A program made the position numbers and the translations under genes. From Vulcanimicrobiota bacterium (lineage in GTDB: Bacteria > Vulcanimicrobiota > Vulcanimicrobiia > Vulcanimicrobiales > Vulcanimicrobiaceae), in NCBI GenBank assembly GCA_963777315.1, contig CAVZQC010000004.1, positions 512,001 to 576,000 of the forward strand: a stretch of 64,000 nucleotides of DNA, read 5' to 3'. This document shows positions 10,066 through 19,657 of this stretch, one piece after another. The first letter of the stretch is position 1, and each line of letters starts with the position of its first letter. The notes beneath the pieces were generated by a model. The model worked only from the letters and a program-made list of their open reading frames with translations. It was not told the origin of the DNA and did no database searches.

Positions 10066-12240
10066 CTACTCCCCGGCCACGGGCAGCTGCATCGACGTTC
10101 CCGGCTCGGAGGTCAGGTAGTAGTCCGAGTAGTCTTCGCGGCGAGGGTCGACGCGGTTCATCACAAACCCAAGCGTGTTCTTCACACCGACGCTTTCGAG
10201 CCGGCGCAGTGCGCGCTTGGCCATGCGCAAGTCCGTGATTCCGGACGCTACGACCATGACCGAGCCGTCCGTCTTTCTGCCGATTACCGCGGAATCCAAC
10301 GTCGCGCTTAGCGCCGGACCGTCGAACACGACGAAGCGGTACTTCTCGAGCGCGTGCTCCATGAGTTCTTCCAACCGCCTGGATTGCAGCAGTTTGAGCG
10401 GATTGGGCGCAGGCAATCCCGCCGACAGCAGGTCCAAGCCGGCGTACTTGGTGCGCTGGACGACTTCATCCAACCGTTTCGTTCCGACGAGCACATCCGA
10501 CAGGCCGTGCTCGTTGCGCGTGTGCAGTTTGGTGTGCAGCGAAGAACGGCGCATGTCGGCGTCGACGACCAGCACGGGCGGATCGAACTCGGCCAAGGCA
10601 ATAGCCATGTTGAGCGCGATCGTCGATTTGCCTTCGCCCGGGCCTGCGCTCGTAATCGAAAACGTGCGCATGGGGAAGTCGGAAGCGTACCGCAGCGACG
10701 TTACCAACTGCAGGAACGATTCGACGCTGAGTGTGCGCACCCATGGGAGAGCTTGGGCTCCCGGCTTGAGCATTGGAATCGAGGCCAGCGCCGGAAGACC
10801 GAGTTCACGCTCGGCTTCGGCTTGGTCTTTGATGCGGATGTCGAAGAACTCTACGACGAACGCAGCGGTGACGGCCAGCACGGCGCCGAGCACGATGGCG
10901 ATGAGCAGGTTGAGCAGCAAGTCAGGACGCTTGGCGGCAAACATCGGATTTGCTGCCTGCGTCACCGTCACGTCGCTGAGCGCGGTTTCCTTTGCGACGA
11001 CGGCGTTGTCGTAGCGCTGCTGCAGAGCAGTATACACGTCTTGCGTTGAAGTTGCCTGGCGCTGCAGATCGGCCATCTGCGAGGCTTGACCCGGCAGGCG
11101 CTGCAGCGTCGGCATCAAGGCCGCGCGTTCGTGTTGAAGCGCGGCAACCTGCGCGTCCGAGGAAGAGGCTTGCGCTTGATACTGCGCCGCTTGCTGCTGC
11201 AGCTGATCGTACGTCGGGTTGCGCACGGTATTCGTGTTGGAAACGACGGTCTGCGGCGTCGAAGCGATTTGACGCTGCAGCTGCTGCTGCTGGTTCTTTA
11301 GAGCGATGACGCCGGGATATTGGTCCGTGTACTGCCGGCGCGCCGTGGCGAGCTGAACGTCGATCTGCGAGAGTTGCTGCTGCAATTGAGCGAGCACCGG
11401 ATTGACGGCAACCGTATTGCCCCCGTTGATCATCGGTGCCAGGCTGCCCATCTGCGCGCGCACGCTGTTGAGCGAGGCCTGCGCTTGCTGTTTGTCGACC
11501 TGCACGCCCGCTATCTTGGTGTCGATGGCGGCCAACTGCGTGATGATGGACTGCGTTTGCGCACCGATGTCGGCGATGGCATGCGACGTTTGATAATGCG
11601 CGAGCGCGTTTTGCGCTTTCTCCATGCGCGCTTGCGCTTGCGGCAGCGCTTGATTGAGAAACGTGATCGCGCTGCTGGCCTGGCTCGCGATCAGCTCGCG
11701 CTGGCGGGCCACGATGACGTTGGCGAGATCGTTGGCGATTTTCGCCGACATTTGGGGCGACGACCACGCCACCGAGAGCGTTAGTATCGGCGTGTTCGTT
11801 ATCGGCCGCACGGTCATCGCTTTGAGGACCTTGTTGGGGCCGACGTGCAAATTGAGGTCGCTGATCACCTGATTGGCAACCGGGTACTCCTGGAACAGCT
11901 CCGCATACGTCTCCGAGGTTTGCACGCCGCCGTTGGCCATGAGGGCGTTGAGCACGGGCAGCGAACTGTTGGCGCCGGGCTGACCCGAGCCCAGGGTGGC
12001 ATTCGGATTGCCGGCGATCAGTTTGGTCTGCGTCGTATAGGTCTTGGGCCAGATCAGCGTAAGGATCACTACCAGGCCGACGAGCACGCCGAAGACGGCG
12101 TACATGACCTTGCGGCGCCGCCACAGCGTGCGCAAAAGGTTGTGCAGATCCGACGGCTGCTTTTCTTCAGCGATCGGAAGGGGCGCCGCCCCGGTCAACG
12201 CCGGAGTCTGTCCGTCAGCTCCAGCTGGCAAATCGTACAT
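10066..12240 (-). CDS. wzc: polysaccharide co-polymerase / BY-kinase (Wzc/GumC)
   Basis: Two TM helices around a Gln-rich coiled coil; Walker A GPGEGKST, VVDADMR, VVFDGP; C-terminal Tyr cluster DYSDYY. Confidence 0.92.
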   Translation of the reverse strand: MYDLPAGADGQTPALTGAAPLPIAEEKQPSDLHNLLRTLWRRRKVMYAVFGVLVGLVVILTLIWPKTYTTQTKLIAGNPNATLGSGQPGANSSLPVLNALMANGGVQTSETYAELFQEYPVANQVISDLNLHVGPNKVLKAMTVRPITNTPILTLSVAWSSPQMSAKIANDLANVIVARQRELIASQASSAITFLNQALPQAQARMEKAQNALAHYQTSHAIADIGAQTQSIITQLAAIDTKIAGVQVDKQQAQASLNSVRAQMGSLAPMINGGNTVAVNPVLAQLQQQLSQIDVQLATARRQYTDQYPGVIALKNQQQQLQRQIASTPQTVVSNTNTVRNPTYDQLQQQAAQYQAQASSSDAQVAALQHERAALMPTLQRLPGQASQMADLQRQATSTQDVYTALQQRYDNAVVAKETALSDVTVTQAANPMFAAKRPDLLLNLLIAIVLGAVLAVTAAFVVEFFDIRIKDQAEAERELGLPALASIPMLKPGAQALPWVRTLSVESFLQLVTSLRYASDFPMRTFSITSAGPGEGKSTIALNMAIALAEFDPPVLVVDADMRRSSLHTKLHTRNEHGLSDVLVGTKRLDEVVQRTKYAGLDLLSAGLPAPNPLKLLQSRRLEELMEHALEKYRFVVFDGPALSATLDSAVIGRKTDGSVMVVASGITDLRMAKRALRRLESVGVKNTLGFVMNRVDPRREDYSDYYLTSEPGTSMQLPVAGE

Positions 12241-12281
12241 GTGATCCTCGTCTCATCCTTGTTTTTCGGTAATGACCCGCG

Positions 12282-13190
12282 CTACGGAATAAACAATCTT
12301 CCGAGTTGCGTCAGGAAGTACAGCATCCCGCTGCCGGTAGTGGTGTTCAGGCCCTTCTTGGCCTGAGGTACGTAAACGACGTCGCCCTTTTGCAATTTCA
12401 GATCGGCTTGCGGCTGCGACTGCTCCAACGCCTTATACAGATTCACGTTATAGACGGTGCTGCCGCCCCCGGGAAGCTGCCGTACGACGCGGATGCTGTT
12501 CAAATCCGCATTGGAGTTCGCCGAATTGCCGGCCTTTGCAATCGCCGTGGACAGCCTGTCGCCGTCGTTGACTTGAATTTCGCCCGGATGATCCACGGCG
12601 CCGATGACCTCGACGTTCATGGTTTGCGGTCCGGGGATGTAGACGACGGCGCCTTCGGAAAGCGGAACGTCGGCGGAAACGTCGCCGTCATGCAGCAGCT
12701 TCTGCATCGACACCTGCGAAACGGTTCCGTTCGCCCACGCGATTCGCGCGTCGGGCAAAGGACCGTCAGTGGTTCCCAAGCCGCCGGCCGCAGCGAGCGC
12801 GTCCGAAAGTTTTGCGTCGGCGCGAACCTGATATTTGCCGGGGTTCTTTACGTTGCCCAGCACCAGCACCGTGGGCTGAGCCATCGTCACGACGGCGATC
12901 GTCACGATTGGATCGCGCAAATACTTGCGCAGCTTATCGCGTATGTCTTGACCTGCCGACGTCGGCGTTTTGCCGGCGATGGCTACGCGCCCGATCAGCG
13001 GATAATCGATGGTGCCGTCACCGAGCACGGTGACGTTCTGACTGAGCGTCTGCTCTCCATACACTTGAACGCTCAACTGATCCCCGGGATGGATTTGGTA
13101 CGCCGACGGCATTGGAGCAGCCGCCAGCGCACCGGCTGGAACGATGGCCGTAAAAGCGGCGGCGAAGAGTGTTTTCGGCAGTCTACTCAT
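12282..13190 (-). CDS. wza: polysaccharide export protein with SLBB domains
   Basis: YQIHPGDQLSVQVYG...DGTIDYPLIG, LGNVKNPGKY, LQKGDVVYVP; Sec signal peptide. Confidence 0.9.
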   Translation of the reverse strand: MSRLPKTLFAAAFTAIVPAGALAAAPMPSAYQIHPGDQLSVQVYGEQTLSQNVTVLGDGTIDYPLIGRVAIAGKTPTSAGQDIRDKLRKYLRDPIVTIAVVTMAQPTVLVLGNVKNPGKYQVRADAKLSDALAAAGGLGTTDGPLPDARIAWANGTVSQVSMQKLLHDGDVSADVPLSEGAVVYIPGPQTMNVEVIGAVDHPGEIQVNDGDRLSTAIAKAGNSANSNADLNSIRVVRQLPGGGSTVYNVNLYKALEQSQPQADLKLQKGDVVYVPQAKKGLNTTTGSGMLYFLTQLGRLFIP

Positions 13191-13399
13191 GGGCAGAGTC
13201 CTTTTTCAAAATGCGCGTACCGGGCGAGCATACTGGCATCATAACGGATTAGCGGCAGGTATCGAGAGAACGGTTTATCCCCATCGGAACGGCAAGAAGG
13301 CCGCTCGTGAGCCCCTCTATTGACCCGATGGACCTACGGCAAACGCGACCAGGCCCTCTCTACCCACGAGAGACTCTCCCGAACGTGCTAGGCGTACCT

Positions 13400-13427
13400 T
13401 TGGCGCTCCGCTGCGGTCTGCTACAAT
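13400..13427 (+). promoter_or_regulatory. sigma70-like promoter (TTGGCG-N16-TACAAT, extended -10)
   Basis: TG-n-TACAAT ends 7 nt before ATG 13435; no Shine-Dalgarno, suggesting a leaderless mRNA. Confidence 0.45.
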
Positions 13428-13434
13428 GCGTGGC

Positions 13435-13986
13435 ATGGGAACACGTTCGCAGCGCACGGTTGCTCTAATCGTTCTGCTTGGCGCAGTATTGGTCGCCGGA
13501 CTCTATCCCCGTTCGCCGTTGCGCGTGTTTATCCATCGCGCTCGCGTACATATGTTCACGCCGCCGGTCGCGATCGGTGCGCCGTCGCGTCCATTACCCG
13601 TTTTGGCCCTGGACGGCTCGCCTGCGACCATTGCGGCACGCGGAAAGCCGCTCGTTTTGCAAGTCTTCACGACCTGGTGTCCCAGCTGCCGTCAAGATGT
13701 CGCCGTCATGCGGCAGGCGCAGCAAACGCTGCGCGCGCGCGGCGTCGAACTGGTGGCGGTCGATCAGCAGGAAAACGTCGGCGTCGTCGCCGCGTTTGCC
13801 AAAGCGAACGCCATCGATTATCCGGTGTACGTCGACGACCGCGCCACCAGTCAAGAAGTGTACGGCGTTCACATGCTGCCGACGCTGCTGTTTTTCGATC
13901 AGCGCGGCATCCTGCGCGCGAAGGTAGAAGGGCCGATGGCTACCGCGGAGTTGCTTTCGATGGCACGGCGCAATATCGGCGGCTAG
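13435..13986 (+). CDS. TlpA/ResA-family thioredoxin-like redoxin
   Basis: N-terminal membrane anchor, FTTWCPSC (CxxC), YGVHMLPTLLFFDQRG. Confidence 0.85.
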   Translation: MGTRSQRTVALIVLLGAVLVAGLYPRSPLRVFIHRARVHMFTPPVAIGAPSRPLPVLALDGSPATIAARGKPLVLQVFTTWCPSCRQDVAVMRQAQQTLRARGVELVAVDQQENVGVVAAFAKANAIDYPVYVDDRATSQEVYGVHMLPTLLFFDQRGILRAKVEGPMATAELLSMARRNIGG

Positions 13987-13995
13987 CCTGGCGCG

Positions 13996-15357
13996 TTATG
14001 CGGACCGGGGCATTACGAGCTGAAATACTCTGGCGAAGGTGGTTTCGGCCAGTACTCGATAGTGCCGCAGATCCGCGCGCGTAACTATGAAAATCAACCG
14101 CGGGTCGATGCCGGTCCGCCTGCAAAACAGTACGACCATGATGGCAAAGCTGACGATGTACGATACCGACGTACCCATCGCGCCTGCCACGATTCCCAAG
14201 TGCCTGACGAGCAGCAGCGTAATGACGGCGCAAACCACCGTTGAAATGCTGCCGATTATCGTCATGACCGTGGGGCGACCCATCTGCAGAATGAAGAACT
14301 GACCGAAGAACGGCACCGCGCAGTAGGCTATGATTCCCGGAAGGATCCAGCGCAGCGCGATGCCGGAGGCCTCGAATTTGGGTCCGTAGACGGCGTGCAG
14401 CAAAGGCGGCCCGATGAAAAACAGCACGGCACAGCACACCGTCACTGCCAAGAGCGCGTGTTTGAGACAGACCGCCGTAACGTAAGCCGCCTCCGATTTC
14501 GTTCCGGATGACACCTTGCCCAACGACGAAGAGGCAAGCGGCCTGCTGATGAACCACATGAGCTGCCCAATGGCTACGGCAACCGAATATATGCCGGCGG
14601 ACTTGGCTCCCAACACGTACAGAATGATGAAGATATCCACCTGGAAGTTCAACGACCACACCATTTGGTTGAGCCCGGCTCGCATTGCGAACGTCACCTG
14701 CCGCCAAAACAAGCGTTTCAGGTCTATCGAGGGATCCGTGCGGCGCGCGTACCTGCGCACGTTGGCCGAAGAGAAGAACATCGTTAGGACTTGCGGGATT
14801 ATCCAGCCTGCAAACACGAGATCGATGCGATCGCGAAAGAGAAAGCATGCGATCGTCACGGCGATAGCCTGCGAGGCGGCAATTGCCAAACCCTGAACGT
14901 TTTGCCAGCGAACGCTTCCGTCCGACAAGAAGAATGCCAGCGTCAACTGGTTGAAATAGCTGAACGGAAAAATCGCCCCGGCGGCAACGAGCGGCACCTC
15001 GTGACGCACTAGACCTGCAATTACTACGCCGAGCGAAACCGGGAGGACGAGCACGTAGAAATACGCCATCATCACTTTGAAAACCGCGCCCGGCGCAGTC
15101 TTTAAGCGTCCATATTGCCACGATATTGCGGCTGATTGGCCGCTTGCCAGCGCAATGAGGATTCCGCCGGCGGCGGTGGAGTACGCGAAGAGTCCCTTGC
15201 CGCTCGGCCCGAGAAGCCGCGCGATGGCAATTCCCATGCCCGCCGCTGCCGCTTGCGCGAGTACGCGGAAAATGAACGTTTCGAGACTTTTTCCGGAGAG
15301 CTCGCGGGCGAGTGAGGGCTCACCGGCCGCCGGCGGCGTTACGGTATTGGTTTCCAC
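13996..15357 (-). CDS. wzx: oligosaccharide flippase (Wzx/MOP family)
   Basis: Many TM segments, ARLLGPSGKG, VDIFIILYVLGAKSAGIYSVA. Confidence 0.85.
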   Translation of the reverse strand: METNTVTPPAAGEPSLARELSGKSLETFIFRVLAQAAAAGMGIAIARLLGPSGKGLFAYSTAAGGILIALASGQSAAISWQYGRLKTAPGAVFKVMMAYFYVLVLPVSLGVVIAGLVRHEVPLVAAGAIFPFSYFNQLTLAFFLSDGSVRWQNVQGLAIAASQAIAVTIACFLFRDRIDLVFAGWIIPQVLTMFFSSANVRRYARRTDPSIDLKRLFWRQVTFAMRAGLNQMVWSLNFQVDIFIILYVLGAKSAGIYSVAVAIGQLMWFISRPLASSSLGKVSSGTKSEAAYVTAVCLKHALLAVTVCCAVLFFIGPPLLHAVYGPKFEASGIALRWILPGIIAYCAVPFFGQFFILQMGRPTVMTIIGSISTVVCAVITLLLVRHLGIVAGAMGTSVSYIVSFAIMVVLFCRRTGIDPRLIFIVTRADLRHYRVLAETTFARVFQLVMPRSA

Positions 15358-15401
15358 TGAGCACCGACGATTCGTCCGGTCTGAGGCAACACCTCGGCGC
15401 G

Positions 15402-16916
15402 CTACCGCGCCCGGTGGAACAACACTTCAAAGCCGGTTTTGAACAGCAGCGAAATATCCATGAACAACGACCAGTTTTCGACATAGAACAGATCGTAGCT
15501 GAGTTTTTCGCCGATCTCCGCTTCTTCCAAGCGCCGCCGCATGTGAACCTGCGCGCAGCCCGTGATTCCGGGGCGCACCAAGTGACGCTCGTCGTAACGC
15601 GGTAAGTAGCGCCTGAACTCTTCGACGAATACCTGACGTTCCGGCCGCGGACCAACCAGCGACATCTCCCCACGCAGCACGTTGAACAGCTGAGGAAGCT
15701 CGTCCAAGCTCGTCATTCGCATGATCTTGCCGAAGCGCGTAACGCGGTTGTCGCCTTCGTGCGTCCAAATCGGGCCCGTCTCGTCCTCGGCATTGACGCG
15801 CATGGAACGAAACTTGTACATCTCGAACTCTTTGCCGCCGCGGCCGACGCGCTTTTGTTTGAACAGCACCGGTCCGGGCGATTCCAACCGGATCGCAAGC
15901 GCGCATGCCAGCATCAAGGGAGCGGCGATAATTACGGCGGCCGTACCGACGATCAAATCGCAAGTGCGCTTGCTGAATGCAGCCCAGTTTCCGCACGCGG
16001 GCACAGGCGCAGGCGAGAGCAGCACTTGGTGGCCGTCCGTGCGCAAGCTGAGCGAATAGGCGTGAGATACCAGGCGCGGCGGCGCGAACGCAATGCTGAA
16101 GTCGTAGCGCAACGCCGTTGCAAGCAGCGGCGGCAATACGGCCGGCGGAACGAATTCGGTGAGAATGAGCCGGTCGCAGCCCCATTCTATCGCATGCGTG
16201 AGCCATCCGACGTCGCGAACGGAAAATGTCCCGTGAGTGCGTACGCCCGACAAAGCGGCCGCGGGATTCTCGGATTCGATGCACAGGATCGGCACGTTCT
16301 CGGGAACCGCGAGCGACTGCGCGACCTCATCCATGTTCTGCCGGTTGCCGACGATGGCAACGCGTTCGGGAACGGCCGTCAATGCTTGAGTGCGTACGCG
16401 GTGCAGCACATAGCGCATGCCCGCCACCATGGGAATCGAAATCGCAGCCGACAGAACCAGTATCAGCCGCGAGGTCGACATCGCCGGTATCAGCGTGTAC
16501 AGACCCAGCTGCGGAACGATGCCGATGAACAGGGCGGCAACCGTGTAATAGAATTCGTCGCGCGGAGCGAACGCGAACGACGACCGGTACAGTCCCAGCC
16601 GTTCGAAAACCAGCAGCCAAACCAGAATGAATACGATCGAAGTGTGCGTAAAGACGTAGGCTGAAGCGTGCAGAGTGCCGGTGTGCTGCACGATCGAAAT
16701 CGCGAGCAGTGCCGACACAATGAACATCGACAAATCCGCGGCAGCGAGCGCGAGCGACCAAATGCGGGGATAATCGGCCGGACGCCGTTTTGGCCGAGCA
16801 GGAATAAACGAAGCGGTCGCCTGCATGGCGGGGCGTGCTCCGTCGGTGGTCCCACGTATGACGTTAGGACGCGCAGCAGTTGAGCTGTTGCGCTCGTCGG
16901 GAATTGTGGTTGCCAT
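15402..16916 (-). CDS. priming polyprenyl-phosphate sugar phosphotransferase (WcaJ/CpsE-like)
   Basis: KRTCDL, GPVLFKQKRVG, MYKFRSM, SLDELPQLFNVLRGEMSLVGPRPE, RPGITG; N-terminal TMs. Confidence 0.93.
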   Translation of the reverse strand: MATTIPDERNSSTAARPNVIRGTTDGARPAMQATASFIPARPKRRPADYPRIWSLALAAADLSMFIVSALLAISIVQHTGTLHASAYVFTHTSIVFILVWLLVFERLGLYRSSFAFAPRDEFYYTVAALFIGIVPQLGLYTLIPAMSTSRLILVLSAAISIPMVAGMRYVLHRVRTQALTAVPERVAIVGNRQNMDEVAQSLAVPENVPILCIESENPAAALSGVRTHGTFSVRDVGWLTHAIEWGCDRLILTEFVPPAVLPPLLATALRYDFSIAFAPPRLVSHAYSLSLRTDGHQVLLSPAPVPACGNWAAFSKRTCDLIVGTAAVIIAAPLMLACALAIRLESPGPVLFKQKRVGRGGKEFEMYKFRSMRVNAEDETGPIWTHEGDNRVTRFGKIMRMTSLDELPQLFNVLRGEMSLVGPRPERQVFVEEFRRYLPRYDERHLVRPGITGCAQVHMRRRLEEAEIGEKLSYDLFYVENWSLFMDISLLFKTGFEVLFHRAR

Positions 16917-17049
16917 TGCGTTAAAGGTACGGCACGACACTATGTATCGAAAGTGCCGCCGGTCCTGCACGGGCCGCGCCCTCGAACCAAGCTTTTGGGG
17001 CAAGGTGGCCCAAGAGCGCGAACGCATAAAGAGCGTACCATTGCTTACG

Positions 17050-18309
17050 ATGGATTCGATCCGGGCTATTTCGGACGGTGCGCCCGCTCCCTTACGTCGC
17101 CGCGTACTTGTTATTTCGCACTACTTTCCGCCGGAGCGCGGTGCCGGAAGCCACCGCGTCAGCGCATTTTGCCGCAGACTGGTGGCGGAAGGTTACGACG
17201 TCGACGTGCTGACCAGCGTGCCGAGTTTCCCCAGCGGAACGGTGCCGTCGCGGTACCGCGGCAAATGGAACGTCAGCGAGCGCGACGCCGGCATTCGCGT
17301 TCGCATGCTGTGGGCGTATGCTTCGCCGCGCATGCGCTCCGTCGATCGGATGCTCAATCAGCTGTCCTTCGCATTCGTTGCATCGCTGGCAGCCTTGGTT
17401 ACGCGCACGAAATACGATCTGGTATGCGTCAGCTCGCCGCCGATCGTTTTGGGTATCCCGGCCCTGTTGACGTCGTATTTACGGAACGTACCGCTGGTAT
17501 TGGATGCCCGCGACGTTTGGCCGGACGCATTGGTCCGCATCGGTGAATGGGCGAAAGGCAGCCTGGTATGCCGTTCGATCGGCGCCTTGGCCGACGCGCT
17601 CTACCGGCGTGCGAGCCTCATCGTATGCGTTACCAACAGTTGCCGCAGCGAAATTCTCAGCCACGGCGTGGAGCCGTCCAAGGTGGTCGTGATTTCCAAT
17701 GGGTTCGACGACGTGCAGCCTGCCGTCGCGGAGCCGTTCGCGCGAAACGACGGCGAATTCATCGCCTCGTACGCGGGCAATTTAGGAATGGCCAACGGCA
17801 TTGACGTGATCGTGCACGCTGCAGCGCTGCTCAAAGAGGAGCCCTCGTTCCGTTTCATCATCGTCGGGGACGGCGCCGCGCGCAGAGAACTTGCCGCACT
17901 CATCGAGCGCGAAGGTCTGAGCAACGTCACCATGACGGGCGAGCTCTCCCGCGAAAGCACCCTGGCGGTTCAGCAGCACTCCGACGTCTGCATCGTCCCG
18001 CTGCGCCGGGGACTGCACGACAGCCTTCCGACGAAAATGATGGACGCCATGGCGTTGGGCCGCCCTATCCTCGTGTGCGCCGACGGCGAGGCGCGCGCGC
18101 TGGCGCAGGCGTCGGGCGGCGGCGTAGCCGTCGATCCCGAATCGCCCGAACAGCTCGTCAGCGCGTTGCGGGCGCTCGCAGCCAAGCCGGAAGCGCTGCA
18201 GGCGTACGGGCGCGACGGACAGCGCTACGTGCGCCTGCGGTTCGATCGCTCCAAACTGGCAGCCCAGTTTTGCACTTCAGTACGCGGAGTGCTGCTGAAC
18301 CACACTTAG
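17050..18309 (+). CDS. GT4 glycosyltransferase (WbuB-like)
   Basis: ISHYFPPE, SSPPI, DARDVWPD, YAGNLGMANG, LPTKMMDAMALGRP. Confidence 0.88.
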   Translation: MDSIRAISDGAPAPLRRRVLVISHYFPPERGAGSHRVSAFCRRLVAEGYDVDVLTSVPSFPSGTVPSRYRGKWNVSERDAGIRVRMLWAYASPRMRSVDRMLNQLSFAFVASLAALVTRTKYDLVCVSSPPIVLGIPALLTSYLRNVPLVLDARDVWPDALVRIGEWAKGSLVCRSIGALADALYRRASLIVCVTNSCRSEILSHGVEPSKVVVISNGFDDVQPAVAEPFARNDGEFIASYAGNLGMANGIDVIVHAAALLKEEPSFRFIIVGDGAARRELAALIEREGLSNVTMTGELSRESTLAVQQHSDVCIVPLRRGLHDSLPTKMMDAMALGRPILVCADGEARALAQASGGGVAVDPESPEQLVSALRALAAKPEALQAYGRDGQRYVRLRFDRSKLAAQFCTSVRGVLLNHT

Positions 18310-19523
18310 GCGCGCTTTGGCTCCGGCACCGAAGACGCAGTATGCGCGACCATCAGCGAAACAAGCCTGTCTACGTTGATGGCAAGATTATAATCGGCAG
18401 CCACGCGGCGCCGCCCGTGCGCACCCGTATCTTGGGCGAACTGCGGGTTGCGCGCAAGCTCCAGCAGCGCGTGCGCGACCCCATCGACATCGCCGCACGG
18501 CACCAGCAGGCCTTCTCCTTCTCCAATTAACTCCGGGACGGATCCGGAACGCGTTGCAACGCACGGAACTCCTGCCGCCATTGCCTCCATCAAGCTCACG
18601 GGCACGCCTTCCATCGTCGTTCCGGTTTCTATGCTGCATAGCACCACCGCGTTGTACGAGCCGCTGCGCAGATCCGCCAAAAGGCGCTCGTGCGCAATGA
18701 AACCCGCGAAGTCCACCGCACCGCTCAAGCCCAAACTCAAAGCGCGGTCTTGAAGCGTTGAAAGCAGAGGGCCTTCGCCGGCGCATACGCACAAAAATTC
18801 CAGGCCGTTTTCGCGCAGCATAGCTAAAGCGCGCAGCAGCGTTTCGTGGCCTTTTACCGCCACGAGCGATGCCGGACAAAGGATTCGAAACGTGCCGCGC
18901 GAGGAAATACGCGCAGTCGTTTTCGGAAGTTCTGCCCCCAACCGAACGCAATGGACTTTGGCGCTCAAGGATTGCGGCAATACCGCTTGCAGATCGCGCG
19001 TGCCGCGCAGGGATATCGTGCGAATGAACCCGGCCTCGCGAGCTTTCTCCGTTCGAAAATTGTCCTCGTATATATCCCAGCGATGGGCCGTCGCGCTCCA
19101 CGGGATGCCGTTGAGCCGGCCGACAATCATCGCTATGGTCGCCGGAGTCGAAAGCCAATACGCGTGCACGTGATCGACGCCCAGACGTTTAAACCGCTGC
19201 GCCAGCGCAAGCGCCTTGGGGAAGGCCATCAAATTCTTCAATCGGACGGACCATTGCCCCGCGCTGCAAATCAGGACCAAGATTTTCAAACACTCGCGCC
19301 ACGAACGCGACCACGTGCGCGCCGCATCGGCCAGAACTGCCGCGGAAAACAGCGGCTGCGCTGCAACGGTGGCGTGTTTGACGGTGTAGAATATGCGTCC
19401 CGAGCCGTTTACCGGTGCAATCACGAGTCCGCAGCGATGCGCTAAATGCTCCGCTTCCTCGGTGAAAAACGCCTCGGCGCTTCTCGAGCAGGGGAACTTA
19501 GAAGTGATTACAGCCAGACGCAC
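18306..19523 (-). CDS. GT4 glycosyltransferase (WcaL-like)
   Basis: DHVHAYW, SATAHRWDIY, KGHETLL, EGVPVSLMEAMAAG. Confidence 0.88.
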   Translation of the reverse strand: MRLAVITSKFPCSRSAEAFFTEEAEHLAHRCGLVIAPVNGSGRIFYTVKHATVAAQPLFSAAVLADAARTWSRSWRECLKILVLICSAGQWSVRLKNLMAFPKALALAQRFKRLGVDHVHAYWLSTPATIAMIVGRLNGIPWSATAHRWDIYEDNFRTEKAREAGFIRTISLRGTRDLQAVLPQSLSAKVHCVRLGAELPKTTARISSRGTFRILCPASLVAVKGHETLLRALAMLRENGLEFLCVCAGEGPLLSTLQDRALSLGLSGAVDFAGFIAHERLLADLRSGSYNAVVLCSIETGTTMEGVPVSLMEAMAAGVPCVATRSGSVPELIGEGEGLLVPCGDVDGVAHALLELARNPQFAQDTGAHGRRRVAADYNLAINVDRLVSLMVAHTASSVPEPKRA

Positions 19524-19657
19524 TGGACGTTGTGGTTACCTGGTCGAGCGGCCGTATGCCTGCAATCGGCCGCAGACAGGGAGTGGCGCGGTATGCGTAT
19601 CAATCGGCACGAAGTATCGTTCCAAAATAAAGCTCATTCCGTGAAAGCGAGGCGCGC

